A DNA stretch of 56,229 nt, counting the filler, from Catajapyx aquilonaris (lineage: Eukaryota), in assembly GCA_000934665.2 (NCBI GenBank). It is 3 parts of 3 records of this genome, joined end to end, with 100 filler letters (N's around TTAATTAATTAA, not from the genome) between each part and the next. Parts side by side here need not be neighbours in the genome. Positions count along the whole stretch, not along the records: positions 37,549 to 56,229 come from JYFJ02006649.1; 2 more parts are not named here. One strand, 5' to 3'. The notes under the pieces are model-generated. The model saw only the letters and a list, made by a program, of their open reading frames with translations, did not search any database and was not told where the DNA came from. Positions within the stretch are counted from its first letter, which is position 1. Each line of letters opens with the position of its first letter. Below, in pieces: positions 37,878 to 48,700 of the stretch. The position numbers and the translations under genes were made by a program.

Positions 37878-38470
37878 CAAGGGCAGTACTAAAATGATTT
37901 ACAATTTATTTTTTTGCCACAAATACAATGCCCATACAGATCAGCAGATAGTAACACATTGTCGAGAGAATCCTCCTGGAGCTAAATGAACAGGAGTCAT
38001 GGGTGTGGCAACCTTTCCAGCCCATCCAGGAACCATGTTTTGAAGGTTTGGCACACCCCCTCCCGGACAACTGCTTACAGTCAACAATGTCCTCGAAATT
38101 GCAGCAGCGAAGGAGTTTTTTTCATGGATCTGAACAGGTGAAAGTCACTGGGGGCCAATCCGAGTGAGTGCAGCAGGTGTGGAAGTACCCAAACCCAGAT
38201 CCATGAAAAAAAACCTTCGCCGATGCCATTTCGAGGACACTGTTGAGTTATTTACGTTGTTGATTGTGCACAGTACGTTGTCCGGTAGTTGGTGCGACGC
38301 ACCTCCAAAAAGTGGTTCCTGGAGGGCCTGGCGAGGTTGACACACCTGCGGTGTTAGTGCATTCGGCTCCAGGAGGATTCTATCTATAATGTGTGACTAC
38401 CTGCCGACCTGTACTGGCACTGTATTTGTGGCAAAAAAATACATAGTAAATCATTTTAGTACGGCCCTCG
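37878..38470. mobile_element. Foldback derivative of a mariner (DD34D-type) element (two inverted 3' ends)
   Basis: TA-caagggcagtactaaaatgatttac / gtaaatcattttagtacggccctcg-TA; right arm encodes MKKNLRRCHFED..VRRTSKKWFLEGLARL..CIRLQEDSI, a mariner C-terminus; left arm is its reverse complement. Confidence 0.85.
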
Positions 38471-39705
38471 TATAACACATAAGACAAGTCTATCATACGG
38501 TAAGTACAAAATTCGATCAGCCAGAAGAAAATGGATCTTGCAATGAAGCTATATGATACGACTAAGTACAGTCAAATTTTTACCAGATTCAACATGTATT
38601 TACGATAAGACGGACAGAAGCACACTCACTAAAGTACAACATGTGCACAGTACCGTTCGCTGCATCATCCGCCATCTTCGTCGGGGTGCATTTGGGAGGA
38701 TGCAAAAAAAAAACTAGCAGTGCTAAAATTAATTATAAAAATAACATTAAAATAAATCATGTTGGACTGTTTTAATTCTAATTTAATTACTTGTCACAGA
38801 TAAGTGAGATAATACTGGTTATTAACATTGTGACGAAAGCGCGCAGTTCAAATTTGCTAAGCCACTAGCCGTAGCCACGGGATAATTCCATGACAGTTCA
38901 CCCAAAACAAAATCCAAATGCCACCCTACATAATTCCAATTTTTATGAAATTTGGCACATGTGTTAAGACTGTCATCAGTAGTACGTCCGAATATTTTTA
39001 AGTAGCAGAGGTCAATAGGTCAGGAGTACCTGTAGAGTACATTCACCTGTATTGTACAGTACTGTACCTGTACAAAACACTCACTAATTTTATTTATAGT
39101 CAAAAAGAATAGGAATAGTAGTTATCGATTATGATTTTGGTAGCACTCTTGCAGCAGGAAATTAAATTCATTCTCATGAATGCTGTTTCTCTCGTTTTGT
39201 CGCAAGTGGTTTTCTTTTTCTTTAGAGGGTTTCTTTTGTCTCTGTTTAACGCGTTTTTCCTGATCGAGGTAGACGGAAATGCCTGCCCCTTTGGGCCCAA
39301 ATTCTTGTTACCATTACTGAAAATGTTAGACCTCTGCACATCGCAATATTTTCATCCCATTCATGTAAACTATACTTGACATCCTTTGTTGTAGACCTAC
39401 GTGCCTGCTTATCTCCAGGTGTTCCTTGTTGGTTACCATGTTTGTTTATACCCCAAACTATAATAGAACAGTATCCTCTTGGCAGTGGAGTCGTCTAAAG
39501 TGGAAATCATCTGTTATTGTTTTATCCATCAGCGGGAAACAAAGAATAACATTAGGATATGTCAGGAGAATGTTTGGTAGGTATAAATTATGGTTTTCAC
39601 GCTCTTGTACTGCCTAAATAATAATTTTGGTACTTTTCCCTTAACTGTATGCCAGGTGCAGGTATAACAATAACAGTAACAATAACAATAACAGATTACC
39701 TATAG

Positions 39706-39957
39706 CAGTGGTTTCCAACCTGGGGGTCTCTGGCAGGGTCGCGAGCCTTGGTTCAACTTTTGTTTTTTTAATTTCAATTTCTGTGTCAATTGAACCATGT
39801 TTGCGGCCGTACAGAGTGCATGTTTTCTGGAAAGGGGGTTGTAGAAGGGGCCGGGGGAGGGAAGGTGGGGGGGGGGGGNGGGGGGGGGGGGGGGGGGTTG
39901 CACAATTATGGAAACATGTTTAGGAGGTCGCAGTTGGTAAAAGGTTGGAAACCACTG
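39706..39957. mobile_element. hAT (Charlie-like) MITE
   Basis: TIR cagtggtttccaacct; 8-bp TSD acctatag/acctatac. Confidence 0.88.
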
Positions 39958-40054
39958 ACCTATACAGGATGGTAGTAGGTAGGGTAGGGTAGGGTAGGGT
40001 AGTATAGGTTTGGTAAACACCATGAAGATGATGATGATGATGACATAAGTCATA

Positions 40055-40172
40055 ATGGTATGTAGTCTAGGCTACTGTCAATTATTGTACTCGTGTTATG
40101 GAAAGATCACGAGTTTCAATTTATTACAGGGAACTAACTTATTACTTACATTCTATAAATATAAATAAAATC

Positions 40173-40227
<55 letters not shown>

Positions 40228-41727
40228 TAGATTTTATTATCATAAGTTTATGTTGCCACTAATAAGAGTGCAAATTATGCTTATTGGAATTTAGGAGGAC
40301 TACTTCTCCGAAAAGGAGCTTACTTACCTGAAAGAAATCTACGCCTGGTTAGATCAAACCCAAGGCGGCGAAGGTAGGACTCATCAGCTGATCATGGCTC
40401 TTCGTGCCTTTAAAAACCTGACACCCAGCGAGATGGAGATGGAACAAGTGATTAGTGAACTCAACATGAGTAAGGTTACAATGTGATGCATTGAGTTACT
40501 GTTCTTTTCCTCCATTTTCAAAGGCGTCAAATGCTGTCAATAACTCCCAGAGTTGCTTCATATACTGTGATCCTTTGGCCTCTTCTATTAGTACCCAAAT
40601 TCGTCAAATCGTATTTTTAAAATGTGGCCTAATTACATTCTGCGGCTAAAGTTAAATTTTCATTATGTTACCATTACCTTTGACTTTGTAAGGAGTATTC
40701 CACAGCAGAAGCAACTCCATGAGTGAGAGACTGCTCTGTTGTGCCACCAAAATATGTTTAAAAAAATGCGAATCAAAATTTGAATCACAATATTGGTCAC
40801 TGGATCCATCAGATGAAATTGGGATGTCCTGGTCCCAGTTCTTGGCTGCTATCATCAAAGTTGTGAACTTGGATCCTTTGGGATCGAACGAAGTAGTTCA
40901 GGCCTTCACCATGTTCGACAAGGAAAACAAAGGCGTTATCAGCGTGAGTGATCTGAGGTACGTCATGACCAACATGGGACAGAAGATGACGCACCAGGAG
41001 GCCGACGAAATGATCAAGCAGGCAGATGTCGATGATAATGGAAACATTGCCTACAAGGGTAAGGAAGTTGAACTATCATGAAAGTCTCTAATGACTATTT
41101 TGTTCTAGCTGTCACGGAGGTTGGGTACCTATATTACCTGTGCACCGCAACCTATACCGTGATACTACATGATTAGCTTGTTTTATTAAGATTAATACAT
41201 TTTCGGCATATAAAAAGTACAGATTGGGAGCTCCCGCCCCCCAAATGATGTGTAATTGAATACTTTAATTGTCCAGAGTTGTACCGGTATGAGTTATTAT
41301 TTTTTCGTTAGGATCTGGGCATCTTGGCAATTTATAAAATACATAGGCCTAATAAGGACTCTCAAAATAGTGTAAAGCAGTCGCATTGGTCTTAAACCGT
41401 TTTTTCGCAGACTATTTCTGCTCTCTGCCGAAGCCCTTGAAGTGCTACTCTCTGATATTGTGAAAAAGTATCCCGCAGATTTAAAATGATGGTTCCACTC
41501 CAGTACTCCACTGTAACACAACAGTAGCCTAATTATTCAATCAATCAATATCAATCAATCAATATTTTTTATTTATTTTACCTCCCTGCATCAGGCTCAG
41601 GGAGGGAAGTAGCCTAATTATTGTCTCAAATAAGTGCATCACCATGTGTAGTAGGTTTACATGACTTTTAAAAAAAAATTATCTTATTATTACAGAGTTC
41701 GTGAAGAAGATGTCTCAGCTTTTTTAG
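40055..41727 (+). CDS. Divergent calmodulin-like EF-hand protein, ~151 aa
   Basis: Exons 40055-40057 (ATG|gtatgt, tentative), 40295-40469, 40813-41058, 41696-41727; C-lobe [58 protein letters not shown]; intron positions match calmodulin genes. Confidence 0.88.
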
Positions 41728-42737
41728 CACTTCACCTACTCCAAAAAATGGCGACCCACACTGTCAATTTTATCTAAATTCACCTAAATATTGCAGTTAA
41801 ACTTATAAGAATGTTATAAGTCAATTTTATCAACTGGATTAATTGATGTCAAGATGTTATATGACTTCTATGATGACACTGAACATTAAACTAAAAAACA
41901 GCCGCTCGAATTACGAGTCAATTCTCTTAATTTTTTATAATAGCAATAAAATGCTGTCATGCAGATGACCTAACTATAGGAACAATCTGCAAAATGGTAT
42001 GTAATCTAAGCCAGTCAAGTTTTGTTTCAATGGAATATTATATTATGGTACGGTATAGAAATAATGTGTATCAGTTTCGTATGTCTGGATTTATTTCGCT
42101 ACATATATCTGCATATATCTTTTGGATATACTGTATACGCATGTGATTGACAATCATGGACATATGTTTTGAACTTTTACTGCACAGAACTGCACCACAC
42201 ACAGTCACACTAGATTGATAACTATCGTATCCTGTTGAGACTTCAACCACTGGGTTTGCAAGTTTTGCTGGGAAGTGACTTCACCGGCATCTATCACGAG
42301 AAGTGAATGTGTCTGTTTCTTGTTTCTTTCAAAGAGATAGTGTATTATTCATCTATAGCTTCTGAGTGCACGATCTGTAACTTTTCCCCTACCCTCTCTT
42401 CAACTGAGGACATGGGAATATAGTGCACCACCCTGAACTGTGTTTTTAATGCATTGTCATACACATAGAATAAGTTTAGCTGCACTCAAAAAAAAAGAGA
42501 GAAAAGGGTCTTATACAGTTCCGACTATTCAAAAAGATATACAGTAGAAAGCAATATATGATTAAACAAGGTCTCTATATTCCTATCCTATCCCTATATT
42601 CATCACGACCTGCCCGACTACTTGTATATGAAGTCGTGTTGTAAACAAATACTTGTAGCCTGCTGTAGGCCTACTTTATTACCATTTTTCAAGGCCAGCG
42701 GTTGGCACTAATTTAATATTGTCACATAATTCCGGAA

Positions 42738-43719
42738 TTATTTTGCAATTTCTGTTGTAACAACGGGCTGGGCCCGATCCGTAGGACTAGTAGAAGAGTT
42801 AAATACCTCTGTAGTCAGGAAACTATGGTCAACATATTGGTGGTGAACATTTGTCTGGCAGATAAATGACAACTTGTCTTTGCAACATGTGGAGTGGTCG
42901 ATACTGTATTCATTTTCCCTGTCTTGTAGCCGGGAGCAGTTTAATCCATTCCAATTAAGCCAGTGATTGTGATCTGGAAAATCTGAAAATTGAAAAATGT
43001 GTAGGTACAGCGAAACATGCGGTTAAAACTAATTATGTTGATTCGAACTTACTGTTAGCCACGTATTCTTGGAGATATATTAAATGCCCCATTGACTGTG
43101 GGTAAGCCAAGCTAGCATCTAAAAGTTCGCAGTTGAAATGTGCAGTTGACCAGTTCGATTTCAAATTGCCACTGAATAGATAGCAATGAGAACCCAGATG
43201 CACGAATCTTGGCAGGCATGGCTGCACCAGTGTGTGACAACCACATACGTTTCTCGTCTTTAGTTCAGCGCGAGGGATTGTTGGCGTAGATGAAGTAGTT
43301 TTGGTAGTTAGTGTCACTGGGCTATCGGTTGTACTTTCTGAACTGCAATCTAAAATGACAGTTCCAAAGTTACTGGAATACATGGAAAAGCAAGTAAGCT
43401 GTACTCCAGACGAGTTCTTTCTATCGCAACTCTACACACCAAACATTGATGATTGGGAAACAACAACGGTTAATAATATATTATTGAGTTAATAAAGGCA
43501 TTTCCTCGGGCATTTCCTATTTCAACCAATGGCGTGTTCGATTAAAATTGTTGCACTGTCCTGGAACTAACTTACATGGAATAATGTTCACTGCACATCA
43601 CTCTCTCTACACCGTGCTGCACATGCAATTAGAAAGCTACGACAGGGAGTGTTAAAATATGAGCAATACATTAATATGAGAGGGTCATTCTACCACTACT
43701 TCTACTTCTACTTCTTCTT

Positions 43720-43767
<48 letters not shown>

Positions 43768-44508
43768 TACTGTTATTTTTATAAAAGTTTTAAGTAGATA
43801 TTTTAAAACTTTGCAAAGCGTGCATACAACACACTGTAGATATTTGAACCAATAACAACGCACCACGAAACCCTTCGTATCCCTATGAAATAGTTGCACT
43901 TACTTGAAACAGGAATTTTTTCGCATATGTAACTGGCTAGTTTGGAACACGGATCATCCATCCACCCAGCGTAATTATTTTGCCGATGAATGCTCAAGCA
44001 ATTTTCTGTTCCATTATTGTCAGGCTGACCAACAGTCCAAGAGGTGTAACTCATAGGCTGCCTGTTGTATTCCCAGAACCACGTTCCTTCGTGACCGGAG
44101 TCGTATCCACCCAGCCAAAAATCTTCAACTGAATTACAAACATTATTAGACCATTATAAGTGATAGTGTCATTTAGGATTCACCGATAAAGAGGACAAAT
44201 TATCATGCCATGAATATTCCTGGTCATGTTATAAATAGCCTGGCTTTCCAGTTCATTGTCGATGACTACCAATGCAGCTCCTTGCTGACGGCATATTTCA
44301 GCTGCTTGCCACCAGTTTATACTCCTGTAGTGATCCAATCTATAACATCCAGTAACTAATTTCCTGTACGGATAGTCGCAAATTTCAGCCTGTAATCCTA
44401 AAAGAGGAAGTGTCAATATAAATGGCAAGTACCTAAAGGGAAAACTAATTTACTCGTATACTTACCAAACACAGACGCGATTAACAGAGCTGCTGTTAAC
44501 CCCTTCAT
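42738..44508 (-). CDS. Secreted C-type lectin with two CTLDs, ~332 aa
   Basis: Exons 44508-44466 (signal peptide MKGLTAALLIASVFG), 44397-44209, 44128-43904, 43349-43053, 42982-42738, all phase 1. CTLD1: GCYR..WWQAAEIC..FWLGG..QPDNN..ENC..WMDDPC..YICE; T/S-rich linker; CTLD2: HCYLF..WSTAHFNC..FICQ. TATA on - near 44550, AATAAA on - at 42675-42680. Confidence 0.9.
43700..43770. repeat. (CTT/CTA)n microsatellite in lectin intron
   Basis: ttc then tac triplet runs. Confidence 0.9.
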
Positions 44509-45479
44509 GTTAGCTGCAACTTGAGCTTCGTGTTAGGTTTAGGTCTGCTTATATACAGTGCATTATAATTTTGCGTTCTTGGTCTAGCCTACACCAACAT
44601 CCTTGCGCTCATGGAAAAAAGTCCTTAAAAACATATTTTACTTTATTCCTACTGTATGCCAGTACTTCCATATAAATTATGCTAGTTGATATGATAATCA
44701 ATGCAATTAGGTCGACAATCTTGACCTAAATTTAGAGTAGCAGATGATGCTCCTCGCCAGACTCATAGCTGTCAATATATTTTAAATAGCGGAAGTATAG
44801 ATCGAGGACATTATGCAGCCTACAGAAATTATTTTATGTCATGACTCCTGAGCAGTGATGAATAATGAGCATCCATGCATTTTTCACACATTCTTGAAAA
44901 TGATGGCAAAATAGATATGGGATGGTGAAAAAACATCCTGAAGTCGTGTGTTCCTGAAGGGACGTATAGGCATGCTTAAAATACGTTCTGGACAGTCTAC
45001 GGCCTGGTGCGCTAGTGGGGATGCTATTTTCGGTTATTTACCTGGGTCACGGATAAATACATTTTTGGAGTTTTTAACCTGTACTTTTACTGTTGACGAA
45101 TAAATCAAGAAACTTTTTTTCATTTTTAAACAAGTTTAAGTGTAATCAATGAAAAAAAAAATCCATAGAATTTGGTTTCATTCGTAAAATCATTATGCAC
45201 TGCGCTATTTCTGCGTTGCAGGTTAAAATTTGATTTGTACTCTGTAGTAAGTCTACTCTATAATTATGGTAATGCTTTAACTTTCATTCTGAATCAGTTT
45301 TAACAAAGTCTTGAAATATTCTTGCAATACCATACTGCAGGATGTTCCTGGCCCAATCACTGGTGGGAATAGACTCTTATTTTATTCCAACTCCAACGCC
45401 TACCAATAGAAATCAGCACCTCTCCCGCTCACGGTACGCCAAAGTTCCGGTTGGCTGTCGCACTGGTCACACCATGGGC

Positions 45480-45660
45480 AGCAGTATATTTTCCCGCCAA
45501 AAGCCATNCCCCCCGCCCGCCCGCCCCAAACTCCCCGTCTGGTCTTCCCCATGTCTTCATGGAGATGGGAGGGAGAGGGGGAGGGGGAGGGCAGGCGGCT
45601 TGATGCACAAGCACAGCCAATCAGCCACTACCACGCGGATCCGCCATTTTAGTCTCACTT
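45480..45660 (+). promoter_or_regulatory. Putative promoter of RRM gene (GC boxes, CCAAT, YY1-like site)
   Basis: ccgccc repeats 45513-45527, gccaatca ~45616, ccgccatttt 45641-45650, within ~100-250 bp of ATG 45743. Confidence 0.5.
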
Positions 45661-45742
45661 CTCTCGTTGTCACCGCGGTTGCTGGCCATCGGACAATCAG
45701 TGTACTTCACCATACCAACCACTTGCTCAGATTCGAGGCAGC

Positions 45743-48700
45743 ATGGAAGGCAGCACGTACGTAGATGTTGGTGTCGGTATCGCTCGAGGGAGTCACACTG
45801 CCAACAACGACGAGGATTGCATCTTTGTACCTGAACAACCACCAGCAGCAGCTGCAGGAGTCAACGGTGCTGGCCTGGCAGATGGGCCCAAGGAAACGGT
45901 GTTTGGAATGGAAAACGATGGGAGAATGAAGGGCGGCACTGACCCCACTGGACGAATACACGGTATGCCGAACTCTTCGAATAACTACGGCCCCTGCCCC
46001 ATGCCTGTCACGGGTCACCCCCGCGGAAACGATATCAGCAACGGCTTAGTCCAGGCGCTTCTTCATGGGAGCAACTTATTATCACGTGTCATCTACTCCA
46101 TAACGCCCGACTGCGGGAACTCAATATGGCCCCATCAATTCGTCCATAGTGGCAGCAATGCTGCTTGTGGAAGTAATAAACCTAGCATGGCTGCTTATGA
46201 AACCCGTAATAATAGTCGCCACACAACCAATGCAGCAGCCAACACTGCTGCTTCCGCTTCAACCGCCAATGCTGCCGACATCAGCACCAGCAGTTTCAGA
46301 GACAACCGCAACAGCATTTACGACACTACTGATGATGATTTGCCGTTGTCACCAGAGTAAGTTCCTTAAGCCCAAGTCTGTTACTTTACAATCTGAGAGC
46401 CTTTGTGAAACTGAGATTACAGTGAATAAGTGTGCATTTGGCAGTGACTGTTATTGCTGATTGGACTACTTGTGCTGCCAGTGAAGGTACCCAATAATAT
46501 GATGCAGCATTAAGCCCAGGAGGTACTTATACCAAATCAAGCAAACTCATGTGTAAGAGAAAACTGCTTTCCTTATAATGCCACCAATAGCTCTTGATGG
46601 CACTAACAGAGAATGGAAATAACCAGTGCAAGTATTTCTATTGTTTTGGAAACCCTCTTGGCAATTTGCCTCAGCTTATAGTATCAGTCCCTAAATCTGA
46701 AAGGAATAATATAACTTTTGAAATACTTCAATACATAAGTTTCCAATAATACTGTATTAAAAAATTAACTATTTTTAAAATGCATTTCAATTCCCTATAG
46801 TTCTCGTCATTTTCCATTTCATATGGATTACAATTTTACGGTTTCACTGGGGGAATTTACAGCAGGTAGTATTCAAAGGGTCCTATAGAGTCCTACTGCT
46901 TATTCTGCATGCAGAAAGTGATTGTCCATTTCAGCATTATTGCTTGGTCACAGATGATTGTTTATATTTTTATTGCACACAACAGAAACTTGTTTGGCAC
47001 TGGTACAGATTTTCTTTCCCCTCTCTCATGGAATGGAGAAACTGCCCCTAAAAACATATTTTACTGTATTGGGTGACCTGTACATAAATATACAGTATAA
47101 TACATATGACCATTCAAGTGCTTTAAAATTCTCCATTGAAATTAATTGCAATATACAGGGTGTTTCTTCAGCATAATGTCTGGCTAGCAATGAAGTCCGG
47201 AGAAATGTCGAGATAGACTATCACACTGGCCTGCCCCTAGAAACTCACGGCAATACACGCAACACTTTGTTACAGGCAGGTGGACCAGCTCTCCTTACAA
47301 TAATTGCCTATGTGACAGGATACGAGCAAGAAAATTAATACTGCAAAAGAAGTGATCCCGCAAATTCCCATCAGCAATGATTATCATGCTCTTATCTTGC
47401 TCCATAGGCAACTATTGTAAGGTGAACGAGTCCATTTGTTCGGCGATCTCCCTGTAATAAAGTGTCACGTGTTGCAGCCTTGCTGCTATAGTTTAGGAGC
47501 AGGCCAATGTATCTGGTTGTCTACCTTGTTACCAGTTGGTTCCTCGACATTTCTGCCTCCTACATTGTTCACTGTTTTTGGCCCAAGGAGTATGGATCCA
47601 GCCAGATGGCATATATACTGTAGTAAGAAATACACTGTATACAGTATAATGTCACATACATTTAGTTTAGGCTGGGTTGTATCAGGAGCATACAGTATAA
47701 CAGTTGCATATTCCTGGTTGTAAATATGATAAATACTAAATCCAGAGCAAGCTGATGAACTTTACTATTCATTGTTTGGATTAGAGTTACTGACAATAAA
47801 ATGCAAGGATCAACTGCTTGTAGAGAGCCACTCTAACTGTTTGGTGACATTCCACCAATCATATAATCGCATCCTTAATTACTTCGCTACAAATAAGTTA
47901 AGGCTAGTTTACACGATCACTTTCCAACGTAAGTATAGGAGCGGTCAGCCAATCAGAATGCTCTCCGATATTAGAAAGTAGCAACAGGGAGCATTCTGAC
48001 TGGCTGACCGTTTCTACTTACGTGAGGAAAGTGATCTAGTAAACTAGCCTTTATGATAAAGGCCTCCTGAAGAATTTTTGTCATATCATGGACCAGCTTT
48101 TGTATGCCTATGCAATGAAATGTGCTGCAAAAAAAGTCTGGGGGTGAGGAAATTAGCCAAAATATTCCCATGACAGCTCCCACTTGCACTTTTGTCACCT
48201 GAGGAGCTCCCAAGCAAAAGCAGCTAACTCCATAATAAGAAACTGTACAGAAGACAGGAGAAAAACATGCCATTTGGAAACGGTTGCAAACTGAAAGTAG
48301 CTGATAGGGGGAGTCATGAGATGGCATTTTTATGCATTTTAAAATGTAAGTTTTGAAAATCGTGGATTGGTAGTTTAGCAGCAAATTTGGAGGTCGGTAT
48401 GGAGTTAGCTCGTTTTGCTTCGAATCCTCTGTAGTTAGCTGGTTTTGCTTGAAAAATAGCGTTTTTTCCACAGAAATGATTTTTTAACGTTCAATAATAT
48501 GGAGAGTGCTGAAATGCTGATTCCACCACTCATGAGACCAACATGAGACAGTCACATGTATATGTTCCATAGAGATACGAAAAAAACCTAAATTTAACGT
48601 ATTTAACATTATAGAAAAAATTATCACAATGGAGCTGGCTTGATGTGCACACAAACTTGGAGTTAGCTGGTTTTGCTTAGGACACGCATATTTGGGGGAA

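Noticed and set aside
40719..40812. ORF-track N-terminus MSERLLCC.. of the EF-hand protein
   Set aside because: Intronic; the phase-compatible acceptor is at 40812/40813.
43577..43617. Small lectin exon with in-frame TGA (possible selenocysteine or readthrough)
   Set aside because: A direct phase-1 splice 43904 to 43349 gives an open frame without it.
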